DNA of 64,000 nt from assembly GCA_015484945.1 (NCBI GenBank), contig WFUO01000064.1, positions 1,373-65,372 on the forward strand. Reading direction: 5' to 3'. Position 1 is the stretch's first letter; every line of letters starts with the position of its first letter. This DNA is from Gammaproteobacteria bacterium. Lineage in GTDB: Bacteria; Pseudomonadota; Gammaproteobacteria; WFUO01. Below the pieces are notes generated by a model. The model was not told where the DNA came from. It was given only the letters and a program-made list of their open reading frames with translations, and made no database searches. Both the position numbers and the translations under genes were made by a program. Shown in pieces: positions 34,069 through 44,149 of the stretch.

Positions 34069-34162
34069 CGGTAGCTCAGACCTGATCTGGCAAAGCGGGA
34101 AGGGGCCTGATTAGAACGGCTGGATCGCTGTGACACTCGGCCATCGGTAAATCGTCTCCGGG
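34069..34162 (+). pseudogene. Decayed tRNA-Arg(CCU)-like remnant (D-arm fragment plus 3' T-arm/acceptor fragment)
   Basis: cggtagctcag (34069-34079) matches the tRNA D-arm region. aatcgtctccggg (34150-34162) is identical to tRNA positions 32649-32661. The sequence between does not fold as a tRNA. Confidence 0.6.
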
Positions 34163-34172
34163 TTACTATCTG

Positions 34173-34625
34173 TCAGCTTTTTCCCAGGCTGCGCTTCAGG
34201 CCCATGGTATGGGTTTCGCCATGGGCGTCATAGGTGGTATTGCCGGTTTCGTTACCGGACAGTATCGTCAGCAGATCGATGACCTTTTGTTGCTGTTGCT
34301 CGATCAGTGTGGCATTGAGCATGTTGAGGTGCGAACAGGCGCGCATTTTTTCAAGACAGCCATTCCACTGGTGCCGCAGCCGTTGATCTCCGCGGGCATC
34401 GACCCAGGACTGGATATCCCGGGTAGCAGCAGTAAGGAACAATTCCTGATTGAGTTGTTCGATCTCGTTGACCAGGCGGGATTTGTCTGCCGCATTCGTT
34501 TCCAGGGCCACCGCATCCTTGCCGATCAGTTCGCGCTCCCGTCGCAGGCTTTCACCGAGCTGATCCAGCAGTTCAGCGATGTCATCCAGCAGCCGGGAAG
34601 CGCGATTGAGGGTATCGTTTGTCAT
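34173..34625 (-). CDS. flgN: Flagellar export chaperone FlgN
   Basis: 150 aa, helical, reading LLDDIAELLDQLGESLRRERELI... It lies directly downstream of flgM, as in other flgMN operons. Confidence 0.75.
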   Translation of the reverse strand: MTNDTLNRASRLLDDIAELLDQLGESLRRERELIGKDAVALETNAADKSRLVNEIEQLNQELFLTAATRDIQSWVDARGDQRLRHQWNGCLEKMRACSHLNMLNATLIEQQQQKVIDLLTILSGNETGNTTYDAHGETHTMGLKRSLGKS

Positions 34626-34630
34626 GGACT

Positions 34631-34948
34631 TCAGGCCAGGTAGGACTCGAAGCGGATCAACCGGGTGGCGATCCGGGAAGGGTCGATCTCCAGGGTGCCG
34701 TTGTCGATGGCACGACTGACCTCAGCGACACGTTGCACATCGACCACGGGTTGATTGCGCAATTGCTCTTCCAGCTGGTTGAGCTGGCGGGCGGTTGCGG
34801 TCAGTTCGACCGTATCACCCTGGTTGCCTTGATCGGGTTGCGCCTGCCTTGCCGCATCGTCTGCCTTGCCGGCGACCTTGCCCGCCTCCCCCGACTGTTG
34901 TGCAACCTGCGTGATGGAGCCACTCAACCCATTGATTTCTATAGTCAT
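34631..34948 (-). CDS. flgM: Anti-sigma-28 factor FlgM
   Basis: 105 aa with the C-terminal motif VDVQRVAEVSRAIDNGTLEIDPSRIATRLIRFE, typical of FlgM. Confidence 0.9.
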   Translation of the reverse strand: MTIEINGLSGSITQVAQQSGEAGKVAGKADDAARQAQPDQGNQGDTVELTATARQLNQLEEQLRNQPVVDVQRVAEVSRAIDNGTLEIDPSRIATRLIRFESYLA

Positions 34949-34989
34949 TATTCATATACCTCATTCTGGCCCATTGACACTTACCGACA

Positions 34990-35016
34990 TTATCGGCTGC
35001 TTTGGGCAGTACTTTA
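34990..35016 (-). promoter_or_regulatory. Sigma-28 (FliA) promoter of flgMN
   Basis: The reverse strand reads TAAAGTAC, an 11-nt spacer, then GCCGATAA. This matches the TAAAGTTT-N11-GCCGATAA consensus in sequence and spacing and lies ~40 nt upstream of the flgM ATG. Confidence 0.8.
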
Positions 35017-35034
35017 ATCGATTTGCACAATCGT

Positions 35035-35757
35035 TTACAGATTGACCATGACAGTCCCGCGCCGGACGACGGTGGCCTCGATGATCCGGCGCGAGGAACT
35101 GTTTCGCACCCGGATGATCGCTCCCCTGGCGCCATCCTGCAACGCGGTTCCCTGCATGCGTACGCTCAGGCCCTCCATGTTCGCCAGTATGACCACCTTC
35201 TGGCCGCGCAGAACAAGACGCGCGGGCGCCAGGCTGGAGATCATGATGACCTGTCCGGCGGCCATGGGCCGTGTGACCCGCATGCCGATCAAACGTCTGG
35301 CATCGCTCAGGTACAATGTCGGATTGCTGGTAACTTCACGCTCGACGAGCTGGAAGTCCTGCGCACCGATGGTCGTCCCACGCGGCAACGCCGTACGCGC
35401 CACCGCGATACGGCGGAAAACACGGATCCTGACCTGCAGATAAAGGCTCCAGGGTTTATTGCCATTGCAGCGGATGCCTACCGTGGTGAAACCCACCAGG
35501 CGAGCGCTGGTAGGCAACCATGCCTCGGGCCGCTCGCTGCAATGTGCCAGACGCAGGCGCGGATCGATGTTGCCAATCTGCACGATGGTGCGCGTGGCTT
35601 TGATATGTTGCAGCCGCGATTCGATGAAGGTTTTGGCAATTCGGCGTATCTGTGTATGTGATTGGAGCGGTTCAGCGCTTGCAAGGCCGGCACCACCGGC
35701 AAGGCTTGCCGCCAGGCTCAGCGTCATCATCAGTCTGTGTCTGAATGCCGTTTCCAT
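35035..35757 (-). CDS. flgA: Flagellar basal-body P-ring formation chaperone FlgA
   Basis: 240 aa with a signal peptide and the C-terminal SAF-like motif ...ALQDGARGAIIRVRNSSSRRIIEATVVRRGTVMV. Confidence 0.88.
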   Translation of the reverse strand: METAFRHRLMMTLSLAASLAGGAGLASAEPLQSHTQIRRIAKTFIESRLQHIKATRTIVQIGNIDPRLRLAHCSERPEAWLPTSARLVGFTTVGIRCNGNKPWSLYLQVRIRVFRRIAVARTALPRGTTIGAQDFQLVEREVTSNPTLYLSDARRLIGMRVTRPMAAGQVIMISSLAPARLVLRGQKVVILANMEGLSVRMQGTALQDGARGAIIRVRNSSSRRIIEATVVRRGTVMVNL

Positions 35758-35890
35758 TTTTCATTCATAATCATAAAGTTGCATATTATAAGCGGGTGAT
35801 CCGTCAAAAAATCGTCATAAATGCCGTGCAAAAGGGCTGTCATACCGGACACTGCAAGAGTCATGCCTGCCAGCCTGCCCAAAAATCCCT

Positions 35891-35918
35891 TCAAGATATG
35901 TCCACGTACGGCCGATAA
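35891..35918 (+). promoter_or_regulatory. Candidate sigma-28 promoter of cheV-cheR
   Basis: TCAAGATA, a 12-nt spacer, then GCCGATAA, ~35 nt upstream of the cheV GTG start. The spacer is one nt longer than the consensus. Confidence 0.6.
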
Positions 35919-35951
35919 AGGCTGTGCAAGCAGGACAGAGGAGAGCTTATC

Positions 35952-36890
35952 GTGGCTAGCATACTGGACAGCGTTGATCAGCGTACAAAACTCGCCGGGC
36001 ACAACCGCCTGGAGCTGCTGATGTTTCATCTGGGTGGCAAGCAGGTATTTGGAATCAATGTCTTCAAGGTGCAGGAAGTCATTCAGTGCCCGCCCCTGAC
36101 CCGGGTGCCCAATGCGCATCCCGTCGTGCGCGGGATCGCCAACATGCGCGGCAAGACCATCACGGTGATGGATCTGGCCATGTGTGTCGGCAAGCGGCCG
36201 ATCGACGAGAAGGAAGCCTTCGTCATCATCACCGAGTACAACCGCAAGGTGCAGGGATTCCTGGTATCGATGGTCGATCGTATCATCAACGTCAACTGGG
36301 ACCAGATTCAGCCGCCCCCCAAGGCTACGGGCAAGGGCAGCTACATGACCGCGGTAACCGAAATAGACTCCGAACTGGTCGAGATCATCGATGTCGAGAA
36401 GGTTCTCGCCGAGGTCGTGGGGACAGATGAGGAGATTTCCGAGGAGCTGAGCAGCACCATTAGCGAGCAGCGCAAGGAGGTCAACAAGATACTCGTTGTT
36501 GACGATTCAAGCGTGGCCCGTAACCAGATCAAGCGCACGCTTGACCAGATGGACTATGAATGCGTGATGGCCAAAAATGGCGCCCAGGCACTACGGATGC
36601 TCAAGGAATGGGCAAAGGCCGGTACGCTTGACGATGAGATCAGTATGATCATCTCAGATGTAGAGATGCCGGAAATGGATGGCTATACCCTGACTACCGA
36701 GATTCGCAAGGATCCCAAGCTGGCTCATTTGTATATTCTTTTGCATACCTCCCTCAGTGGCGTATTCAACAATGCCATGGTCGAGCAGGTCGGCGCCAAC
36801 CGGTTCATTGCCAAGTTCAATCCTGATGAACTGGCCAATGGTGTCATGGCCGCACTGGATGATGTGCAACGCAGGTCAACCGCGGCATGA
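35952..36890 (+). CDS. cheV: Chemotaxis coupling protein CheV (CheW-like domain + receiver)
   Basis: The CheW-like N-terminus reads LELLMFHLGGKQVFGINVFKVQEV..MRG. The C-terminal REC reads ILVVDDSSVARN...ISDVEMPEMDG. Confidence 0.92.
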   Translation: MASILDSVDQRTKLAGHNRLELLMFHLGGKQVFGINVFKVQEVIQCPPLTRVPNAHPVVRGIANMRGKTITVMDLAMCVGKRPIDEKEAFVIITEYNRKVQGFLVSMVDRIINVNWDQIQPPPKATGKGSYMTAVTEIDSELVEIIDVEKVLAEVVGTDEEISEELSSTISEQRKEVNKILVVDDSSVARNQIKRTLDQMDYECVMAKNGAQALRMLKEWAKAGTLDDEISMIISDVEMPEMDGYTLTTEIRKDPKLAHLYILLHTSLSGVFNNAMVEQVGANRFIAKFNPDELANGVMAALDDVQRRSTAA

Positions 36891-36974
36891 GACGAGTTGC
36901 TGTGTGCAAGTCAGCGTGTCTGCTGGCCGGATCTGGCCAGCGGCATGTGCCGGTAAGGGACAACAAGGGTTGAT

Positions 36975-37814
36975 ATGTCGGTGCCACTGGGAAAAATGCA
37001 GCAAAACGACTATGCGCGGTTCAGGGAGTTTCTGGAGAAGGCCTGTGGGATTCTTCTGGGTGAGAACAAACAATACCTGGTCACCAGCAGGCTCAGCCGC
37101 ATTCTGAAAGAGTACGGGATCAAGGATCTGGGCGAACTGGTAAGCATTATCGAGAAGCCGGGTCAGTCGGATCTGCGTGACAAGGTCATCGAGGCAATGA
37201 CCACCAACGAGACTTCCTGGTTCAGAGACAATCACCCCTACAAGTCGTTACAGGATAGAGTCTTTCCCGAACTGGCCAAGGCGAAAAAGAATCCGATACG
37301 TATATGGTCGGCGGCCTGTTCATCAGGGCAGGAGCCATATTCCATCAGCATGGTGTACCAGGATTTCCAGATAAAGAACCCGGGCCTGCTGACAGCCAAT
37401 CTACAGATCATAGCCACCGATATCTCACCGTCTGTTATAAAGGATGCTTCCAGGGGGCGTTATGACGGGCTGGCCATGGCCAGGGGCATCCCGCCAGAGA
37501 TGAAGGAACGTTACTTCACCAGGGTTGGTGACGAGTGGGAAGTGGATGCCAAGATAAAATCCCGCGTACAGTTCCGGCAGCTCAACCTGCTGCAGAGCTA
37601 TGCCTTGCTGGGCAAGTTCGATGTGATCTTCTGCCGCAATGTATTGATCTATTTCTCGACCGAGCTCAAGCGCGACATCCTGTCGCGTATGGCGCAGGCG
37701 CTCAATCGGGGCGGTTATCTCTTTCTGGGTGGGTCCGAGTCACTGACCGGTATCAGCGACCGCTTCGAGATGATCCGTCATAATGGCGGTGTCATCTATC
37801 GTCTCAAGGACTGA
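36975..37814 (+). CDS. cheR: Chemotaxis protein methyltransferase CheR
   Basis: 279 aa: TNETSWFRDNHPYKSL...IRIWSAACSSGQEPYSISM...FCRNVLIYF. Confidence 0.93.
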   Translation: MSVPLGKMQQNDYARFREFLEKACGILLGENKQYLVTSRLSRILKEYGIKDLGELVSIIEKPGQSDLRDKVIEAMTTNETSWFRDNHPYKSLQDRVFPELAKAKKNPIRIWSAACSSGQEPYSISMVYQDFQIKNPGLLTANLQIIATDISPSVIKDASRGRYDGLAMARGIPPEMKERYFTRVGDEWEVDAKIKSRVQFRQLNLLQSYALLGKFDVIFCRNVLIYFSTELKRDILSRMAQALNRGGYLFLGGSESLTGISDRFEMIRHNGGVIYRLKD

Positions 37815-37932
37815 TTCCACCAGCACAACACATGCCGCTTGTTGCCGCCCAAAAGGCACAACTTGCCGGGGCGGCAAACCCGCTTATTCAAAGATTCTAT
37901 ACAAGTCATTGATTTTATTTGATTCATGAAGT

Positions 37933-37948
37933 TGGCACGCTGCTTGCT
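37933..37948 (+). promoter_or_regulatory. Sigma-54 promoter of the flgBCDE... operon
   Basis: TGGCAC-gctgc-TTGCT, a perfect GG-N10-GC arrangement. The predicted start site near 37960 favours the flgB ATG at 37984 over the track start at 37957. Confidence 0.75.
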
Positions 37949-37983
37949 CGTGTTATGTGCAAACATCAGACAGGAAGCGGCAG

Positions 37984-38385
37984 ATGTCACTGATCGATTT
38001 CAACAAGGTACTCGGCAATCATGCGCTGGCCTTGCGCCTGCGGGGGCGGCGGGCCGAGGTTCTGGCTTCGAATATCGCCAACGCGCATACGCCTGGCTAC
38101 AAGGCGCGTGACCTGGACTTCAGTGCCGCGCTGAATGAGGAATCCCAGAAGATAGCAATGGCGCGTACGAACAGGGCGCACTTTTCCGCAGCAGCGGGTG
38201 GTAACGAGATCGATGGCGTCAGGTTGTTCATGCGTAAACCCGTGCAGGCCTCGCTGGATGGCAACACGGTCGATATCCAGCGTGAACAGGCCGCATTCGC
38301 CGAGAACGCCGTGCGTTACCAGGCCAGCCTGCGGTTTCTCAAGGGCAAATTCAGTTCGATGATTTTCGCCATCAGGGGTGAATAG
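37984..38385 (+). CDS. flgB: Flagellar basal-body rod protein FlgB
   Basis: MSLIDFNKVLGNHALALRLRGRRAEVLASNIANAHTPGYKARDLDF... Confidence 0.93.
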   Translation: MSLIDFNKVLGNHALALRLRGRRAEVLASNIANAHTPGYKARDLDFSAALNEESQKIAMARTNRAHFSAAAGGNEIDGVRLFMRKPVQASLDGNTVDIQREQAAFAENAVRYQASLRFLKGKFSSMIFAIRGE

Positions 38386-38387
38386 CC

Positions 38388-38804
38388 ATGGATATGACGC
38401 GTATTTTCAAGATCGCGGCATCGGGCATGACGGCCCAGACGATCAGGCTCAATACCATCGCCAGCAACCTGGCCAATGCCAACAATGTCAGTAGTGATCC
38501 GAACAAGGTTTACAAGGCCAGGATGCCGGTTTTCTCAACGATACTCGAGGACGCGAGCGACAGTTATTCTGCACCCGCCGGTGTGCGTGTCGAGCGAATC
38601 GTCGAGAGTCAGGCCCCGGCAGTGAAGATGTACGATCCCGGCAATCCATTGGCTGACAAGAAGGGTTATGTGTACAAGAGCAATGTCAACTCTATCAATG
38701 AGATGGCCAACATGATGTCGGCGTCGCGAGGTTTTCAGAACAATGTCGATGTCCTCAATACACTCAAGCAGCTGATGCTGGCAACCATCAAACTGGGTGA
38801 ATAG
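38388..38804 (+). CDS. flgC: Flagellar basal-body rod protein FlgC
   Basis: FKIAASGMTAQTIRLNTIASNLANANN...MANMMSASRGFQNNVDVL. Confidence 0.95.
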   Translation: MDMTRIFKIAASGMTAQTIRLNTIASNLANANNVSSDPNKVYKARMPVFSTILEDASDSYSAPAGVRVERIVESQAPAVKMYDPGNPLADKKGYVYKSNVNSINEMANMMSASRGFQNNVDVLNTLKQLMLATIKLGE

Positions 38805-38815
38805 GGAGGCAGACC

Positions 38816-39487
38816 ATGGCAAACACGAATATAGACACATCGGCGCTTTCCAGTATTGGATTGAAGACACCACCCGCCAGGAAGAACAAGACCGAGCTGG
38901 GACAGGAGGCATTTCTCAAGTTGCTCACGACTCAGCTGCAGAACCAGGATCCGACCAAGCCGCTTGAGAGTGGCGAATTTCTGACCCAGATCGCGCAGTT
39001 CGGTACCGTAACCGGTATCCAGGATCTGCAAAAGTCGTTTGCCCAGCTGGCCCAGGCCATGTCGTCGAATCAGGGCTTGCAGGCGGCCAGCCTGGTTGGC
39101 AAACAGGTTCTGCTTCCCGGTGAAAGGCGTCTGGCCGGTGCCGGTAGCGGTATATCCGGAGCTGTCGATGTAACCGCATCCGGCCCGGTAGGGGTGCGGA
39201 TCTATGACAGCAAGGGGCAAATCGTCACAACAATCGATCTGGGTATTCAGAATACCGGCCGTGTCCGTTTTGACTGGGATGGCCGGGATGCGGCGGGTAA
39301 TCCGGTAGCTCAGGGTGAATACCGGGTGGAGGCATTTACCGTTACCGGCGGCAAGACCGAGGCGTTGAAGACATATATCAGCGGCAAGGTTGGAAGCGTT
39401 GTCCTGGGCGGTAGCGGCAGCGAGACGAAAGTGAATGTTGACGGTATTGGAAGCGTCGCATTCTCCAAGGTAGCAGAAATCAGGTAA
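38816..39487 (+). CDS. flgD: Flagellar hook assembly (capping) protein FlgD
   Basis: FLKLLTTQLQNQDPTKPLESGEFLTQIAQFGTV, with a C-terminal FlgD Ig-like region. Confidence 0.93.
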   Translation: MANTNIDTSALSSIGLKTPPARKNKTELGQEAFLKLLTTQLQNQDPTKPLESGEFLTQIAQFGTVTGIQDLQKSFAQLAQAMSSNQGLQAASLVGKQVLLPGERRLAGAGSGISGAVDVTASGPVGVRIYDSKGQIVTTIDLGIQNTGRVRFDWDGRDAAGNPVAQGEYRVEAFTVTGGKTEALKTYISGKVGSVVLGGSGSETKVNVDGIGSVAFSKVAEIR

Positions 39488-39500
39488 GGGGAGAACAGAC

Positions 39501-40739
39501 ATGCCATTCAGAATCGCACTCAGTGGTCTCAATGCAGCATCGGCAGAGCTGCGTGTCATCGGCAACAATGTCGCCAATGCCAGTACCACAGGCTTCAAGA
39601 AATCGCGCGCTGAGTTTGCCGATATCTTCGCAACATCCAATCTGGGTGTATCTGCGAACGCCATTGGTAGTGGCGTGCGTGTTTCATCAGTAAGCCAGCA
39701 GTTCAACCAGGGCAATATCAGTTTTACTGACAGCAACCTGGATCTCGCCATCAGTGGCCAGGGATTTTTCCGTCTCAATGATAACGGCGTCAATGTCTAT
39801 ACACGGGCAGGCGCCTTTGGCGTGGACCGTCAGGGCTATGTGGTCAACAGTCAGCAGCAGCGTCTCACCGCCTATGCCGCGGATATCAACGGTAACATCA
39901 CCGGTGCGCTGACCGACCTGCAGTTGAGTACGGCCGACCTGCCGCCACGTCAGACGACGACGACCTCGGTTCTGGCCAATCTGGATTCCAGGGTAGGGAC
40001 CCTGGCGACAGGTTCATTCGATCCGGCGATTCCATCGACCTATCACCATTCGACCTCGTACACGGTCTATGACAGTCTTGGCAACCCAAGGCTCACGACT
40101 CTGTATTTCCTGCGTACGGGGCCTGGCGCATGGGATATGTACATGACCGTGGATGGCAGCACCTCGGCCAATATCGTCGATGCCGATGCGGGCAGTGCCG
40201 GTAATGCGCGTTCACTGACTTTCAATTCATCCGGTGTGCTGACATCCGCCGCCAGCGTGACGACAGGCAATATCCCGTCCAGTGGTGGATCGGCAGCATT
40301 TCCGATATCCATCGATCTTTCCACACTGACACAGTTTGGCAGTTCATTCTCGGTCAACAGTCTGCAACAGGATGGCTTCTCGACCGGTCGGCTGAGTGGT
40401 GTGGATATTGGCGATACGGGTATCGTTACGGCGCGTTACACCAATGGCCAGTCACGCACCCTGGCGCAGATCGCGTTGGCCAATTTCAGTAATCCGCAGG
40501 GCCTGCGGCAGCTGGGTGATACGACCTGGAGCGAAACCTTTGAATCCGGCGCGGCACTGGTAGCGGCGCCCGGTTCGGGTACTCTCGGTCTGCTTCAGTC
40601 AGGGGCGCTGGAGGGATCCAATGTGGATCTCACGGAGCAGTTGGTTGGCATGATCACCGCGCAGCGTAACTTCCAGGCCAATGCCCAGGTGATCACGACC
40701 GCGGATACCGTGACCCAAACAATCATTAACATCCGCTAG
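39501..40739 (+). CDS. flgE: Flagellar hook protein FlgE
   Basis: MPFRIALSGLNAASAELRVIGNNVANASTTGFK...LEGSNVDLTEQLVGMITAQRNFQANAQVITTAD. Confidence 0.95.
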   Translation: MPFRIALSGLNAASAELRVIGNNVANASTTGFKKSRAEFADIFATSNLGVSANAIGSGVRVSSVSQQFNQGNISFTDSNLDLAISGQGFFRLNDNGVNVYTRAGAFGVDRQGYVVNSQQQRLTAYAADINGNITGALTDLQLSTADLPPRQTTTTSVLANLDSRVGTLATGSFDPAIPSTYHHSTSYTVYDSLGNPRLTTLYFLRTGPGAWDMYMTVDGSTSANIVDADAGSAGNARSLTFNSSGVLTSAASVTTGNIPSSGGSAAFPISIDLSTLTQFGSSFSVNSLQQDGFSTGRLSGVDIGDTGIVTARYTNGQSRTLAQIALANFSNPQGLRQLGDTTWSETFESGAALVAAPGSGTLGLLQSGALEGSNVDLTEQLVGMITAQRNFQANAQVITTADTVTQTIINIR

Positions 40740-40754
40740 GCAGGTTAGATTCTG

Positions 40755-41495
40755 ATGGATAATGTTGCTCACATCGCGGCCATTGGCGCCAGCAATACCT
40801 TGTATCTGCAGGCGGTCAATGCCAACAACCTGGCCAATGTCACGACCAATGGCTTCAAGGCCGATATGGTCAGGCTGCGCAGCGTCAATGTGGAGCCTCG
40901 TGGTCTGGATACCTGGGCTTTGCCAGAACGCCAGCAAACCGGTCCCGACATGAGTCAGGGTACCATTGTCGGAACCGGCAGACCACTGGATATCGCTGTC
41001 GATGGTAGTGGACTGATCGCAATCCAGTCAGCTTCCGGCAAGGAAGTCTATACGCGTGCCGGAAGTCTGATGGTGTCTTCCACGGGCCAGTTGATGACAA
41101 AGAGTGGCAAGCTGGTGTTGGGCACCGGTGGTCCCATATCGATTCCACCATTCGAGAAGATTGATATTGCCGCTGATGGCACGATCACGATCCGGCCTGA
41201 CGGCCAGCAGCCCAATGTTCTGACCACGGTTGGCAGGATCAAGCTGGTGGCTACCGATGGCGTGAAACTGGTAAAGGATGCAGAAGGCAATATCGTGGCC
41301 GCGGACGGCAGGGTGCTGACTGCCGATGCCAGAGTAAAGCTCGTAAGCGGGGCGCTGGAGAACAGTAATGTCAATGCTGTTGGCGCACTGGTAACGATGA
41401 TCGAGTTGTCACGGCACTTTGAAACCATGATCAAGCTGATGAGCACGGCGAAGGACAATGCCGAGAAGGCCAGTCAACTGGTACGGCTTGGATAG
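40755..41495 (+). CDS. flgF: Flagellar basal-body rod protein FlgF
   Basis: LYLQAVNANNLANVTTNGFKAD...LENSNVNAVGALVTMIELSRHFE. Confidence 0.93.
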   Translation: MDNVAHIAAIGASNTLYLQAVNANNLANVTTNGFKADMVRLRSVNVEPRGLDTWALPERQQTGPDMSQGTIVGTGRPLDIAVDGSGLIAIQSASGKEVYTRAGSLMVSSTGQLMTKSGKLVLGTGGPISIPPFEKIDIAADGTITIRPDGQQPNVLTTVGRIKLVATDGVKLVKDAEGNIVAADGRVLTADARVKLVSGALENSNVNAVGALVTMIELSRHFETMIKLMSTAKDNAEKASQLVRLG

Positions 41496-41512
41496 ACCTG
41501 GAGGATAATGAT

Positions 41513-42298
41513 ATGAACGCAGCACTATGGGTGGCCAAAACCGGTGTCGATGCGCAGCAAACGCGATTGGCGGTGATCTCGAACAACCTGGCCAATGTCA
41601 ATACCACGGGCTATAAACGCGGCCGATCGGTCTTTGAGAGCCTGATCTATCAGAATCTTCGCCAGGTTGGTTCGCAGACATCCCAGAACTCACAACTGCC
41701 GTCCGGTCTGTCGCTCGGCACAGGCGTCAGGACCGTGGCTACCGAAAAGCTGTTTCTGCAAGGGAATATCGTCAAGACCGACAACAAGCTGGATATCGCC
41801 ATCCAGGGCAAGGGCTTCTTCCAGATCTTGATGCCCGATGGCAGTACCGCGTACACGCGTGATGGTTCGTTCAAGATCAATGCCCAGGGCCAGCTCGTGA
41901 CCGCCAGTGGCTATACACTGCAACCAGCCATTACGATTCCAACCAACGCGCAATCGGTATCCATTGGCGAGGATGGGGTTGTTACGGTCACCGTGCCAGG
42001 CAGTGCGACACCAACCACGGTTGGTAACATCCAGTTGTCCAGTTTCGTCAACCCGGCAGGCTTGCAGCCCATCGGCCAGAACCTGTTCAAGGAGTCCGCA
42101 TCAAGTGGTACCGCTCAGGCTGGTACGCCGGGGCAGACCGGTTTGGGCACGCTTGCACAGGGTTTTCTGGAAAGTTCGAATGTCAATGTGGTCGAGGAGC
42201 TGGTCAACATGATAGAGACACAGCGTGCCTATGAGATGAATTCCAAGGCCATCGCCACGGCGGACAGCATGCTGCAATACGTATCGCAGCAGTTATAA
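41513..42298 (+). CDS. flgG: Flagellar basal-body distal rod protein FlgG
   Basis: MNAALWVAKTGVDAQQTRLAVISNNLANVNTTGYKR...LESSNVNVVEELVNMIETQRAYEMNSKAI. Confidence 0.96.
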   Translation: MNAALWVAKTGVDAQQTRLAVISNNLANVNTTGYKRGRSVFESLIYQNLRQVGSQTSQNSQLPSGLSLGTGVRTVATEKLFLQGNIVKTDNKLDIAIQGKGFFQILMPDGSTAYTRDGSFKINAQGQLVTASGYTLQPAITIPTNAQSVSIGEDGVVTVTVPGSATPTTVGNIQLSSFVNPAGLQPIGQNLFKESASSGTAQAGTPGQTGLGTLAQGFLESSNVNVVEELVNMIETQRAYEMNSKAIATADSMLQYVSQQL

Positions 42299-42313
42299 CG
42301 GGAGGGTGACCGT

Positions 42314-42994
42314 ATGAGCAAGCTGGCTGTCATTGGTCTGATCGTGATCTCCTGGTCATTGGGCGGTTGTGTATCGCTGCAGAAGAAGGACGACGGCAAG
42401 TACGCCCCGGTACCACCGCCGGCGATCAAGCCCAGGGTGGTCAACAATGGCGCGATCTTTCAGGCGAGTACGGCACGGCCAGTGTTCGAGGACGACAAGG
42501 CGCGCCATGTGGGCGATGTCATCACCATTATCCTGACAGAAAGCACCAATGCCACCAAGTCCGCCAGTACCAGTACATCCAAGGAGACCAAGACCGACTC
42601 GAGGGGCTCTGTCATTCTGGGCAAGACCCTGGGAACCAACCCGGCGCGTGATTACCTGGGTAACAAGATCGATTCCAAGCACGAGTTTGCCGGCAAGGGT
42701 GACAGTGCGCAGAGCAACAGTCTTCAGGGCACCATTACCGTGACAGTGGCCAAGGTCTATCCCAACGGATACCTGTTCGTGCGTGGCCAGAAGCGCATTG
42801 CTCTCAATCAGGGAGTCGAGTATATCCGTATCTCCGGCATCATCCGCCCGTCAGATATCAGCGCCAACAACACCATTGCGTCAAACCTGATCGCCGATGC
42901 CAAGATCACTTACAGCGGAAAGGGCGATATCGCAAATTCCAATACCATGGGCTGGTTGACGCGATTCTTCAACAGCAAGTGGTGGCCATTCTGA
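42314..42994 (+). CDS. flgH: Flagellar L-ring lipoprotein FlgH
   Basis: Lipobox SLGGC, then [17 protein letters not shown]...[27 protein letters not shown]. Confidence 0.95.
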   Translation: MSKLAVIGLIVISWSLGGCVSLQKKDDGKYAPVPPPAIKPRVVNNGAIFQASTARPVFEDDKARHVGDVITIILTESTNATKSASTSTSKETKTDSRGSVILGKTLGTNPARDYLGNKIDSKHEFAGKGDSAQSNSLQGTITVTVAKVYPNGYLFVRGQKRIALNQGVEYIRISGIIRPSDISANNTIASNLIADAKITYSGKGDIANSNTMGWLTRFFNSKWWPF

Positions 42995-43008
42995 ACGGAG
43001 GGACCAGG

Positions 43009-44127
43009 ATGAACTTCATTTCATCTGTGAAAAGAATATCGGTTGTGGCATTGGTCTCAATGACTGTCATGGCCACAGCCTGGGCCGAGCGGGTCAAGGA
43101 TCTGGCCTCGGTGGCTGGCGTGCGCAGCAACCAGCTGCTTGGATATGGCATCGTCGTCGGCCTGGATGGTACGGGTGACCAGACGACCCAGACGCCATTT
43201 ACGGTGCAGAGTCTGAAAAACTTTCTGAAGCGCTATGGTATTACGATACCGCCGAACGTCAATCCGCAGCTAAAGAATATCGCCGCGGTGACGGTGCATG
43301 CGGAATTGCCAGCGTTCGCCAAGCCGGGTCAGCGCATCGATGTGACGGTTTCATCGCTGGGCAATGCCAAGAGTTTGCGTGGCGGCAGCCTCATCATGAC
43401 CCCGCTCAAGGGCGCGGATGGCCGGATCTACGCCATGGCCCAGGGGAACCTGGTGGTCGGCGGTTTTGGCGCATCAGGCAGTGACGGGTCGAAGATCACC
43501 GTCAATATTCCCAGTGTCGGACGTATTCCGAATGGCGCTACGGTGGAGCGAGAGGTAAGAAATCCGTTTGCGCTGGGCAACACCATCGTTTTCAACTTGA
43601 ACACACCGGATTTTACAACCGCGACACGTGTTGCCCGGGCAATCAATGAAAAAATCGGCATGGGCACCGCACGCCCCATCGACGCCACTTCGGTGGTAGT
43701 CAATGCGCCGCGTGACGTGTCACAGCGTGTTGCCTATCTGTCGATACTGGAAAACATAGAAATAAAGCCGGCCGCGGCACCGGCCAAGATCATCGTCAAT
43801 TCACGGACGGGGACCATTGTCATCGGCAGTCATGTGCGTGTGATGCCGGCGGCGGTCACGCATGGCAGCCTGACGGTGACGATTACCGAAAAGCAGACCG
43901 TCAGTCAGCCGCCGCCCCTGTCGGGTGGGACTACGGTCGCTGTGCCGAGGTCCAATATCAAGATCAAACAGGCAAAGAGCAGGATGTTTTTGTTCAAGCC
44001 GGGTGTCAGCCTGAGCCAGATCGTGCGGGCGGTCAATCGGGTTGGCGCCGCACCGGGAGATTTGATCGCGATACTCGAGGCATTGAAACAGGCCGGTGCG
44101 CTGCGTGCGCAACTGATCATCATCTAG
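43009..44127 (+). CDS. flgI: Flagellar P-ring protein FlgI
   Basis: From ATG 43009 (GGAGGG RBS) it reads [57 protein letters not shown]... Confidence 0.95.
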   Translation: MNFISSVKRISVVALVSMTVMATAWAERVKDLASVAGVRSNQLLGYGIVVGLDGTGDQTTQTPFTVQSLKNFLKRYGITIPPNVNPQLKNIAAVTVHAELPAFAKPGQRIDVTVSSLGNAKSLRGGSLIMTPLKGADGRIYAMAQGNLVVGGFGASGSDGSKITVNIPSVGRIPNGATVEREVRNPFALGNTIVFNLNTPDFTTATRVARAINEKIGMGTARPIDATSVVVNAPRDVSQRVAYLSILENIEIKPAAAPAKIIVNSRTGTIVIGSHVRVMPAAVTHGSLTVTITEKQTVSQPPPLSGGTTVAVPRSNIKIKQAKSRMFLFKPGVSLSQIVRAVNRVGAAPGDLIAILEALKQAGALRAQLIII

Positions 44128-44149
44128 CAACCGGATGAGCTGACAGAGA

